The translations under genes and the position numbers were made by a program. The notes beneath the pieces were generated by a model, which saw only the letters and a program-made list of their open reading frames with translations, was not told the origin of the DNA and ran no database searches. Positions 6,808-13,717 of a DNA stretch of 13,717 nt are shown here, piece by piece. How positions within the stretch are numbered: the stretch's first letter is position 1; the number at the start of each line of letters is the position of its first letter. Source of the DNA: an uncultured Nitrospiraceae bacterium (GTDB lineage Bacteria; Nitrospirota; Thermodesulfovibrionia; Thermodesulfovibrionales; Dissulfurispiraceae). The stretch spans positions 1 to 13,717 of the forward strand of contig CAMTVO010000040.1 in the NCBI GenBank assembly GCA_947085205.1, given 5' to 3'.

Positions 6808-7663
6808 TCTTTAATATACCTTTCAGTTTTTCTTTGTTTGTCTTTGACATTTCGCAGAGCGGGAGCCTGAATTCCTCTTTAATCTTGCCCATCATTGCGA
6901 GCGTCGTCTTCACCGGTATCGGGTTTGTTTCGATAAACATTGCAGAGTTCAGGGGCTCGAGTTTGTAGTGCAACTCCCTTGCCTTTGCTATATCTCCTTT
7001 TTCCCAAGCATTGAACATCCCTGCCATATCCTTCGGAGCAATGTTTGCAGTAACGGATATTGCTCCCTCGCCCCCAAGCGTAAGCATCGGAAGCGTTGTA
7101 AAGTCGTCTCCAGAGATAACTGTAATCCTGTCTCCGCAGAGCCTTATCAATTCGCTCACCTGCTTCATATCACCAGTAGCCTCTTTTATGGCAACGATAT
7201 TCTTGCACTCTGTCAAACGTGCCACTGTTGATGGAAGCATATTTACGGCGGTCCTGCCAGGCACATTGTAAAGTACTATCGGGATTTTAACCGCATCGGC
7301 TACTGCCTTGTAATGTCTGTAAAGACCTTCCTGCGTCGGTTTGTTGTAGTAAGGAGTTACAAGCAGAGCGCCGTCGGCTCCTAATTTTTTTGCCTTTTTG
7401 GTAAGGTCTATGGCCTCTTCTGTTGAATTGGCGCCTGTGCCTGCAATAACGGGAATGCGTTTGTTTGCAGCCTTGACTGCAACCTCTATTACCCGGTAAT
7501 GTTCCTCAAAGCCGAGGGTCGATGCCTCGCCTGTCGTGCCGCAAGGCACTATGCCATGAGTCCCCTGAGCAATATGCCATTCAATTAAATCTCCGTAAGC
7601 CTTTTCGTCGAACTTACCGTTTTTAAAGGGTGTAACGATTGCAACTATAGAGCCTTTGAACAT
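6788..7663 (-). CDS. dapA: 4-hydroxy-tetrahydrodipicolinate synthase
   Basis: MFKGSIVAIVTPF, GTTGE, PYYNKPTQEG, LYNVPGRT, IKEATG (Schiff-base Lys) and ETNPIPVK motifs. RBS AGGAGG. Confidence 0.97.
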   Translation of the reverse strand: MFKGSIVAIVTPFKNGKFDEKAYGDLIEWHIAQGTHGIVPCGTTGEASTLGFEEHYRVIEVAVKAANKRIPVIAGTGANSTEEAIDLTKKAKKLGADGALLVTPYYNKPTQEGLYRHYKAVADAVKIPIVLYNVPGRTAVNMLPSTVARLTECKNIVAIKEATGDMKQVSELIRLCGDRITVISGDDFTTLPMLTLGGEGAISVTANIAPKDMAGMFNAWEKGDIAKARELHYKLEPLNSAMFIETNPIPVKTTLAMMGKIKEEFRLPLCEMSKTNKEKLKGILKSAKIIR

Positions 7664-7681
7664 TTTAATCCTCCTAAAAAA

Positions 7682-7867
7682 TTAAATAAACATTAAGCCG
7701 GCCCTGTACTTATCGCCTGTCTTTATGCTCCATTGAACTATGGCGATTTTCACGACCGATGGGTTTTCCTTGCCTTTGAATATAATAACCTGTCCCGGTT
7801 CCAAAGGGCAATCTGAGGTTAGACCGATCCCTGCTTCGCTTACGTCTATGGCAGAAAGAATGTTGTC
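7682..7867 (-). pseudogene. Unannotated PilZ-like reading frame without its own in-frame start, between dapF and dapA
   Basis: Translates DNILSAIDVSEAGIGLTSDCPLEPGQVIIFKGKENPSVVKIAIVQWSIKTGDKYRAGLMFI*, with a DxSxxG motif, LEPG, and VxW...YxAGLxF typical of PilZ barrels. Confidence 0.65.
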
Positions 7868-8753
7868 AAAACCATATCCTCCCCTCGAATACCTCCGCTG
7901 CCGGGCCTGTCATGTAAATATGGTTATTTGTATGCCATTCGATGACAAGGTCGCCGCCGAGGAGGTGGATTGTGACTTTTCGGTCTGTTAATCCCTTAAG
8001 CATTGCAACCGCTCCAGTGGCCGATGCACCTGTTCCACATGCCATTGTCTCGCCGGAACCCCTCTCCCATACCCTCATGGTCAATTCGGTTTTGTTTTTT
8101 ACATTGACGAACTCCACATTTGTTCTCTTCGGAAAGAGTTGATGGCTCTCGATTTCGGGGCCATATAAGGATATCGGAAAGTCCGATATATCCTCATCTA
8201 AAAAAATTACCGCATGCGGATTGCCCATGGATACACAGGTCATTTTGAATTCCCTGTCTTTGATTTTAAGGGAATGGTCGATTACCGCTTCTTTTTCGAT
8301 GTCTGACTGCTGACTGCTGACTGCTGACTGCCGACCTATTTTCACTGGAATTTTCTCAGGCTCAAAAATCGGCTCTCCCATATCAACCTTCACAAGTTCA
8401 CCAATGCGTTCAGGTTTTATTATTCCTGCAAGTGTCTCTATTTCAAGAACAGTTTTGTCCGAAAGTCCTCTGTCCCATATGTATTTTGCAAGGCATCTGA
8501 TGCCGTTGCCGCACATCTCAACCTCTCCGCCGTCTGCATTGAATATCTTCATCTTAAAGTCGGTATTATCAGACGGATAGAGCAGAAGTATCTGGTCTGC
8601 GCCGATTCCGAATCTCCTGTGGCAGAGCTTTTTGCTTAAATCTCCAAAAGGCAGATTCCCTGCCTCCGGCTGCTTTATGCAGTCTATGAGGATGAAGTCG
8701 TTTCCGATGCCATGCATTTTTGTAAACGCCAATTCTATTGAATAAACTCCCAT
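7866..8753 (-). CDS. dapF: Diaminopimelate epimerase
   Basis: FTKMHGIGNDF, GIGADQ, EMCGNGIRC, SMGNPH, NVEF and ERGSGETMACGTGA motifs. TAATG overlap with the lysA stop. Confidence 0.97.
   Translation of the reverse strand: MGVYSIELAFTKMHGIGNDFILIDCIKQPEAGNLPFGDLSKKLCHRRFGIGADQILLLYPSDNTDFKMKIFNADGGEVEMCGNGIRCLAKYIWDRGLSDKTVLEIETLAGIIKPERIGELVKVDMGEPIFEPEKIPVKIGRQSAVSSQQSDIEKEAVIDHSLKIKDREFKMTCVSMGNPHAVIFLDEDISDFPISLYGPEIESHQLFPKRTNVEFVNVKNKTELTMRVWERGSGETMACGTGASATGAVAMLKGLTDRKVTIHLLGGDLVIEWHTNNHIYMTGPAAEVFEGRIWF
8303..8335. repeat. Heptamer tandem repeat (CTGACTG)x4 inside dapF
   Basis: Four perfect CTGACTG copies (8303-8330) plus CCGAC, encoding RQSAVSSQQS. Same unit as 6753-6787. Confidence 0.9.
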
Positions 8754-10006
8754 TAAATAAACTCCGGTACTGTCTCTCCTCTAATAATATCACTAAATGT
8801 CTCTCTTTTCCTTATCAAGGCATATTTTTTCCCTTTTACCATGACCTCTGCCGCCTTAGGCCTGCTGTTGTAGTTAGAGGACATGGTAAAGCCGTAGGCA
8901 CCTGCGCTCATTACAGCAAGATATTCGCCTTTTTTCACCTTCTGTATCTCCCTGTCCTTTGCAAGGAAATCTCCTGATTCGCAGATGGGCCCTACAACAT
9001 CAGCTATTGTTTTGTCCCTGCGATTCTTTACTACAGGCTGCATGTGATGATAAGCGCCGTAAATAGAAGGTCTTATCAGGTCATTCATTCCAGCGTCAAC
9101 AATCACGAACTCTTTTTCCAGTCCTTTCTTGAGGTAAAGTGTTTTTGTCACGAGGATGCCTGCATTGCCCACAAGTGACCTGCCCGGCTCAAGGAGAACG
9201 GTGGTTTTTCTCCCTTTCAGCAAAGGAAGGATGTTTTTGGCAAGCTGTGCAGGATTCGGAGGGGTTTCGTCCCTGTATGTGATTCCAAGCCCTCCTCCAA
9301 TGTCAAGATAATTAATGCGGATGCCCTGCTTTGTTAGTTCATCAACGAGTATCAATATCCTTTTTAGTGCATCCACAAATGGAGATACCTTTGTAAGCTG
9401 AGAGCCTATGTGTTTGTGTATCCCTACAATTTCAATATTCTCAAGGCTGTTTGCGAGCCTATAATATTCGAGGGCATCCTCGATTGGTATGCCGAATTTG
9501 TGTTTCTTTAATCCTGTCGATATATAAGGATGTGTCTCAGGGTCTATGTCAGGATTTATTCTCAGGGCAATTGGAGCTTTTACTTTCATTTTCCCTGCAA
9601 TCCTGTCAATCTCCCTTAATTCATCCTCAGACTCCACATTGAACATGAGGATTTTGCTTTTTAAGGCATATCTTATTTCTTCCTCTGTCTTTCCGACCCC
9701 GGCATAGACAATCTTTTTTGCAGGAATGCCTGCCTTTAACGCCCTGAAGAGTTCGCCTCCTGAGACAACATCGGCTCCGCCTCCGTTTTTTGCGAATAGA
9801 CTTATTATTGCTGCATTAGAGTTCGCCTTTAGAGCAAAGCATATAATGTGGGGAAAACTGTCGAATGCTTCTTCGTATGCCTTGAAGTGATTTAAAAGCG
9901 TGTTGCAACTGTAAATATAAAGGGGTGTTCTGAACTCTTCGGCAAGTTTTCGTACAGGTACATCCTCTGCGTACATCTCGCCGTTTTTATACTCAAAGAG
10001 GTGCAT
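8753..10006 (-). CDS. lysA: Diaminopimelate decarboxylase
   Basis: TPLYIYS, FALKANSN (PLP Lys), HIGSQ, DIGGGLGI, EPGRSLV, GPICESGD and AGAYGFTMSSNYNSRP motifs. The true start is likely the ATG at 10006 with RBS AAAGGAG, not the TTG at 10069. Confidence 0.97.
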   Translation of the reverse strand: MHLFEYKNGEMYAEDVPVRKLAEEFRTPLYIYSCNTLLNHFKAYEEAFDSFPHIICFALKANSNAAIISLFAKNGGGADVVSGGELFRALKAGIPAKKIVYAGVGKTEEEIRYALKSKILMFNVESEDELREIDRIAGKMKVKAPIALRINPDIDPETHPYISTGLKKHKFGIPIEDALEYYRLANSLENIEIVGIHKHIGSQLTKVSPFVDALKRILILVDELTKQGIRINYLDIGGGLGITYRDETPPNPAQLAKNILPLLKGRKTTVLLEPGRSLVGNAGILVTKTLYLKKGLEKEFVIVDAGMNDLIRPSIYGAYHHMQPVVKNRRDKTIADVVGPICESGDFLAKDREIQKVKKGEYLAVMSAGAYGFTMSSNYNSRPKAAEVMVKGKKYALIRKRETFSDIIRGETVPEFI

Positions 10007-10040
10007 GAAATCTCCTTTATTTGTTTGATTTTTTTTCTGT

Positions 10041-10069
10041 TTTTTAACATAATATGCGGAAAAAGTCAA
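10041..10069 (-). promoter_or_regulatory. Putative sigma70 promoter of the lysA-dapF-dapA operon
   Basis: TTGACT (10069-10064), 17 nt, TAAAAA (10046-10041), preceded by an extended -10 TG. Confidence 0.45.
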
Positions 10070-10075
10070 AAGACC

Positions 10076-10157
10076 GTGATGAGTAATGTGTAATGAGTAA
10101 TGAGTTCAAGAAAAATATTCATTATGCTCATCACGCATTTCGCATTACGGATTACGG
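10076..10157. repeat. Inverted pair of heptamer arrays (GTAATGA-like / TCATTAC-like) in the divergent intergenic region
   Basis: GTGATGA-GTAATGT-GTAATGA-GTAATGA (10076-10105) faces TCATTAT..TCATCAC-GCATTTC-GCATTAC-GGATTAC (10119-10157). Confidence 0.75.
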
Positions 10158-10174
10158 TTTTTTAAGGGGTAAAA

Positions 10175-12145
10175 ATGGGAAAGAACATTGTACAGAAGAT
10201 ATTCGAATCTCACAAGGTTTCGGGAGAGATAAAGGAAGGAAGCCTTATAGGGTTAAAGGTTGATCAGGTCTATACCCAGGATGCCACAGGCACAATGGCG
10301 TGGCTTGAGTTTGAGGCCATAGGCATCGACAGAGTGAGGGTTCCACTTGCTGTTTCTTATGTTGACCACAACATGCTCCAGTCAAACTTCATGAATGCCG
10401 ATGACCACCAGTTTTTGCGGACCGCTGCTGCAAAATTCGGCGCATACTTTTCAAAGCCTGGCAACGGCATCTGCCATCAGGTGCATCTTGAGAGGTTTTC
10501 AGTGCCCGGAAAGATCGCCCTCGGTACAGACAGCCATACTCCCACAGGCGGCGGAATGGGAATGATAGCAATAGGAGTAGGCGGTCTTGAGGCAGCCGCT
10601 GTTATGGCCGGAGCGCCCTTTGAGATAAACATGCCAAAGGTTGTTCTGATTAAACTTACCGGGAGACTTAAAAGGCCGTGGGTTACTGCGATGGATGTCA
10701 TCCTCACACTTCTGAAAAAGCTCACAGTAAAAGGCGGTGTAGGAAAAATACTGCAATACGGCGGTGAAGGGGTAAAAGATTTAAATATAACAGAAAGGGC
10801 AACTATCACAAACATGGGCGCAGAGCTTGGAGCAACAACATCCATATTTCCCAGCGATGAAAATACTCTCTCTTTTCTAAAGGCTCAGGGCAGGGAAAAG
10901 GACTGGATAGAATTAAAGGCAGATGAGGATGTAGAATACTCTGAGGTTATAGAGCTTGATTTGAGCAGCATAGAGCCGATGATCGCGCAGCCTCACAGCC
11001 CTGACAATGTCGTTGCAATCCGTGAGATAGCAGGCAAAAAGGTTAATCAGGTATGCATCGGAAGCTGCACAAACTCATCCCATCAGGCAATGAAGACGGT
11101 TGCATCCATACTGCGTGGAAATGCAATTCCTGGATGGGTAAATCTCCTGATAAATCCCGGCTCAAAGCAGGTTTATGAGATGCTTTCGAGGGATGGCCTT
11201 ATAGCAGATATGATTGCCGCAGGAGCAAGGATACTCGAGGCATCGTGCGGTCCCTGCATCGGAATGGGAGGCGCGCCGGGGACAGGCCACATATCAATAA
11301 GGTCTTACAATAGAAATTTCCAGGGTAGGTCAGGGACAAAAGATGCCTTTGTCTATCTCACAAATCCAATTGCATGTGCTGTAATGGCCGTAAAAGGAGA
11401 GGTTATCGATCCACGTGATGCAGGACTCCACATTGATGAGATAAAAGAGCCTGAGAAATTCCTTATTAACGACAACCTCATTATTCCTCCTAAGGCCGAT
11501 ACAAAGGATGTGAAGATAATAAAAGGGCCGAACATAAAAGAGGTGCCTGTAAAAGAGCATGCTAAGAGGGACATGAAGGCAGAGGCGCTTCTAAAACTCG
11601 GCAACAACATCACCACAGACGACATAATGCCGGCAGGCTCAAAGGTGCTTCCATACAGGTCAAACATACCTGCTATTTCTGAATTCGTATTTGAGAATAT
11701 CGACAATACCTTCAGCAAGCGTGCGCTTGAGGCAAAGGAGAGCGGCGGAGGAATAATCATCGGCGGAGAGAATTACGGACAGGGCTCTTCGAGGGAGCAT
11801 GCTGCCATTGCTCCAATGTATCTCGGCCTTCAGGCTGTTATTGCAAAGTCCTTTGCGAGGATACACAGGGCAAACCTTATAAACTTCGGAGTGCTGCCGC
11901 TTTTATTCAAGTCAGAGGGCGATTATGACAGGGTAGAGCAGGGAGACAGGCTTGTAATAAGGAATGTCATCAGCTCTATCAAAGGAGACCAGAACTTTAA
12001 GGTCGAGAACATGACAAAGGGTTATTCTTTTGAAGTTGTATCCAATCTCAATGACAGGGAAAAGGAACTGATCTTAAAGGGCGGGCTTCTGCCTTATGCC
12101 AGAGGCTGTGGTAACGCATTGACAAAAAACCGGTATAAATTGTAA
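10175..12145 (+). CDS. Aconitate hydratase (compact single-chain type with C-terminal swivel domain)
   Basis: TQDATGTMA, DHN, GNGICHQVHLE, GTDSHT, the [4Fe-4S] ligands IGSCTN and CGPCIG, ITTDDIMPAG, NYGQGSSREHAA and SFARIHRANL. RBS AAGGGG. Confidence 0.92.
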   Translation: MGKNIVQKIFESHKVSGEIKEGSLIGLKVDQVYTQDATGTMAWLEFEAIGIDRVRVPLAVSYVDHNMLQSNFMNADDHQFLRTAAAKFGAYFSKPGNGICHQVHLERFSVPGKIALGTDSHTPTGGGMGMIAIGVGGLEAAAVMAGAPFEINMPKVVLIKLTGRLKRPWVTAMDVILTLLKKLTVKGGVGKILQYGGEGVKDLNITERATITNMGAELGATTSIFPSDENTLSFLKAQGREKDWIELKADEDVEYSEVIELDLSSIEPMIAQPHSPDNVVAIREIAGKKVNQVCIGSCTNSSHQAMKTVASILRGNAIPGWVNLLINPGSKQVYEMLSRDGLIADMIAAGARILEASCGPCIGMGGAPGTGHISIRSYNRNFQGRSGTKDAFVYLTNPIACAVMAVKGEVIDPRDAGLHIDEIKEPEKFLINDNLIIPPKADTKDVKIIKGPNIKEVPVKEHAKRDMKAEALLKLGNNITTDDIMPAGSKVLPYRSNIPAISEFVFENIDNTFSKRALEAKESGGGIIIGGENYGQGSSREHAAIAPMYLGLQAVIAKSFARIHRANLINFGVLPLLFKSEGDYDRVEQGDRLVIRNVISSIKGDQNFKVENMTKGYSFEVVSNLNDREKELILKGGLLPYARGCGNALTKNRYKL

Positions 12146-12148
12146 ATT
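12119..12148 (+). promoter_or_regulatory. Putative sigma70 promoter for the tRNA pair, overlapping the aconitase 3' end
   Basis: TTGACA (12119-12124), 18 nt, TAAATT (12143-12148), about 20 nt upstream of tRNA-Lys. Confidence 0.6.
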
Positions 12149-12169
12149 AATATTCTTCTTTTTCCAGTA

Positions 12170-12242
12170 GGGCCGCTAGCTCAGTTGGTAGAGCAACGCC
12201 CTTTTAAGGCGTGGGTCGTTGGTTCGAATCCAACGCGGCTCA
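12170..12242 (+). tRNA. tRNA-Lys(TTT), CCA not encoded
   Basis: Cloverleaf: acceptor GGGCCGC/GCGGCTC-A, D arm GCTC/GAGC, anticodon arm ACGCC-CTTTTAA-GGCGT, T arm GTTGG-TTCGAAT-CCAAC. Confidence 0.97.
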
Positions 12243-12243
12243 T

Positions 12244-12321
12244 GTCCCCATCGTCTAGCCCGGCCTAGGACATCGCCCTTTCAAGGCGGTAACATGGGTT
12301 CGAATCCCATTGGGGACGCCA
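12244..12321 (+). tRNA. tRNA-Glu(TTC), CCA encoded
   Basis: Acceptor GTCCCCA/TGGGGAC-G-CCA, anticodon arm TCGCC-CTTTCAA-GGCGG, T arm ATGGG-TTCGAAT-CCCAT. Confidence 0.97.
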
Positions 12322-12332
12322 TGAAAATCAAG

Positions 12333-12360
12333 GGGGTTGCGGAAGCAGCCCCTTTTCTTT
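12333..12360 (+). terminator. Intrinsic terminator after the tRNA pair
   Basis: GGGGTTGC-GGAA-GCAGCCCC stem-loop followed by TTTTCTTT. Confidence 0.8.
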
Positions 12361-12365
12361 ATAAT
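12337..12365 (+). promoter_or_regulatory. Putative promoter for a leaderless TSUP transcript
   Basis: TTGCGG (12337-12342), 17 nt, TATAAT (12360-12365), 6 nt, ATG 12372. No SD sequence. Confidence 0.55.
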
Positions 12366-12371
12366 TGCCGT

Positions 12372-13331
12372 ATGGATTTCTTTAATGTGTTTTTCCCAAT
12401 ATCGGGTGTGGAAACCAACATACTGATTCCTCCGTTGGTTGCCATGATTATTTCATTTTTCACATCAATGGGCGGCATTTCGGGCGCATTTCTCCTTCTT
12501 CCCTTTCAGATGAGTGTGCTTAATTACACCGCTCCGTCGGTAAGCGGTACAAACCATGTCTTTAATATTGTTGCAATTCCAAGCGGTGTTTACCGATATA
12601 TCAGGGAAGGACGCATGGCATGGCCATTGACATGGGTAGTGGTTGCAGGCACGCTGCCCGGCGTCTTCCTTGGATATTATGTGAGAGTGCTGTATCTTCC
12701 AGATCCAAAGGCATTTAAATTCTTTGTGGGGTGCGTATTGCTTTATATAGGCATCCGCCTTCTTAAAGAAATTATAGGCAAGAAGAAAGCAAAATCTGTG
12801 CTGGATGAGAAATTCAGGATGAGGGCAGAGGAGATAAAAAAGGAACAGAGTTTGAGATTGGCATCCGGACTCCCTGCTGAGGCGGCGGTTAAGACAATAG
12901 CAGTGTCATTAAAGAAAATAGAGTATGAGTTCTGGGGAGAGAGATTTTCCTTTAATACCGGCGGCATGTTTATCCTTGCGCTTGTTGTGGGCATAATCGG
13001 CGGGGCGTATGGCATAGGCGGCGGCTCTATCATTGCTCCTTTTTGTGTAGCTGTTTTCCATCTGCCGGTTTATACTATCGCCGGCGCTGCTTTGATGGGG
13101 ACTTTTATAACATCGGTTGCCGGAGCGATATTCTTCAGCATTATTCCTGCAACTCATGGTGTCCCGGCAATGCCCGATTGGCCCCTGGGGATATTGTTCG
13201 GCATTGGCGGTTTTGTGGGTATGTATCTTGGTGCAAGGTCTCAGAAGTTTGTCCCTCAGAAGGTTATAAAGTTGATGCTTGGTAGTGTTATAGTATTTCT
13301 TGCAATAAGGTATATTGTGCAGTATTTCTAA
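12372..13331 (+). CDS. Sulfite exporter TauE/SafE (TSUP) family membrane protein
   Basis: Two repeats of the Gly-rich motif (SMGGISGAFLLLP; GGAYGIGGGSIIAP) and multiple TM helices. The ORF-track start at 12219 runs through the tRNAs, so ATG 12372 is used. Confidence 0.88.
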   Translation: MDFFNVFFPISGVETNILIPPLVAMIISFFTSMGGISGAFLLLPFQMSVLNYTAPSVSGTNHVFNIVAIPSGVYRYIREGRMAWPLTWVVVAGTLPGVFLGYYVRVLYLPDPKAFKFFVGCVLLYIGIRLLKEIIGKKKAKSVLDEKFRMRAEEIKKEQSLRLASGLPAEAAVKTIAVSLKKIEYEFWGERFSFNTGGMFILALVVGIIGGAYGIGGGSIIAPFCVAVFHLPVYTIAGAALMGTFITSVAGAIFFSIIPATHGVPAMPDWPLGILFGIGGFVGMYLGARSQKFVPQKVIKLMLGSVIVFLAIRYIVQYF

Positions 13332-13606
13332 TGAATAAAAGGCCTACAATCATTCAGTTGTTCCTCTCGTTCCTGAGGCTCGGCCTTACAGTCTTCGGCG
13401 GGCCTGCGATGGTCCAGTATATAAAGGAGCTTTCTGTAAAACGCAATAAATGGATTGTTCAATGGTCTTCAGGTTATTGTTGTTGCCCTCATCGCAAACG
13501 CATTGCATTTTTTGGTAAGGGGATATTGAGGAGTTACAAGGAGATTTTTATATCTGCCGTGGCAGCTTTCCTTTTCTGGTCAGGCATAAGTCCCTTTATA
13601 GTTTAA
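13331..13606 (+). pseudogene. chrA: Degraded chromate transporter (ChrA family) gene
   Basis: The N-terminus LFLSFLRLGLTVFGGPAMV...KWI is ChrA-like. The next ChrA-like helix LFNGLQVIVVALIANA is in the +1 frame (13455-13502), after which the original frame resumes with FGKGIL...ISPFIV*. This implies an internal deletion, frameshifts and an early stop. Confidence 0.75.
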
Positions 13607-13659
13607 AAAACGAGGCGGTCTTAGCTCTGAAAAAATTTTCACAGGAATAAATACTGGAA

Positions 13660-13717
13660 ATGCTCAAATTATTTTTCCTCTTCTTATGCATTTTTGTTCT
13701 TATTGCGGCTCAGGGAA
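13660..13717 (+). CDS. Possible start of an exported protein (runs off the window)
   Basis: ATG 13660 gives MLKLFFLFLCIFVLIAAQG..., which looks like a signal peptide. Too short to identify. Confidence 0.3.
   Translation, partial: MLKLFFLFLCIFVLIAAQG

Noticed and set aside
7740..7991. 83-aa + strand ORF between dapA and dapF
   Set aside because: It is antisense to dapF and to the PilZ-like frame, which explains the region better.
8741..8766. 10-bp direct repeat AATAAACTCC flanking the lysA/dapF junction
   Set aside because: Too short to interpret. It may be a small local duplication of the RBS region, with no evidence of function.
10007..10069. N-terminal extension of LysA from TTG 10069, or a lysine riboswitch
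   Set aside because: A strong RBS precedes ATG 10006, the TTG coincides with the predicted -35 box, and the leader is too short and AT-rich for a lysine riboswitch.
10175..12145. Homoaconitase (AAA lysine pathway) call because of proximity to lysine genes
   Set aside because: The neighbouring genes are the DAP pathway, and the single-chain protein with TQDATGTMA and GSSREHAA fits aconitate hydratase. Substrate cannot be proven from sequence.
12300..12332. tRNA-Glu 3' end as the attachment site of an integrated element
   Set aside because: No integrase and no duplicated tRNA 3' end are seen in this window.
12219..12371. N-terminal 51 aa of the 370-aa ORF
   Set aside because: It overlaps two clear tRNA genes and their terminator.

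Overview
Bacterial genomic window with two parts. Bases 1-6094 (+ strand) form a defence-type island: the 3' part of a type III-like restriction (Res) gene, a translationally coupled DUF3800 (RNase H-like) gene, a large beta-class N6/N4 DNA methyltransferase (Mod), a short relic resembling a second Mod C-terminus, and an AT-rich PD-(D/E)XK nuclease resembling Shedu/DUF4263. Directly after the DUF3800 stop codon, on the opposite strand, a sigma70-like promoter points into a UUCG-capped hairpin with a U-tract, a candidate DUF3800-associated small RNA and the best candidate for an undescribed system here. Res and Mod contain several GC-rich palindromic (REP/RPE-like) elements inserted in frame. 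Bases 6169-13717 are mostly housekeeping: a minus-strand lysA-dapF-(cryptic PilZ-like frame)-dapA-TlpA operon, a divergent aconitate hydratase, tandem tRNA-Lys/tRNA-Glu, a probably leaderless TauE/SafE (TSUP) transporter and a decayed chrA-like pseudogene. Heptamer and octamer tandem repeats occur in TlpA, in dapF and in the divergent promoter region. All calls come from motif recognition by eye; no searches were run.
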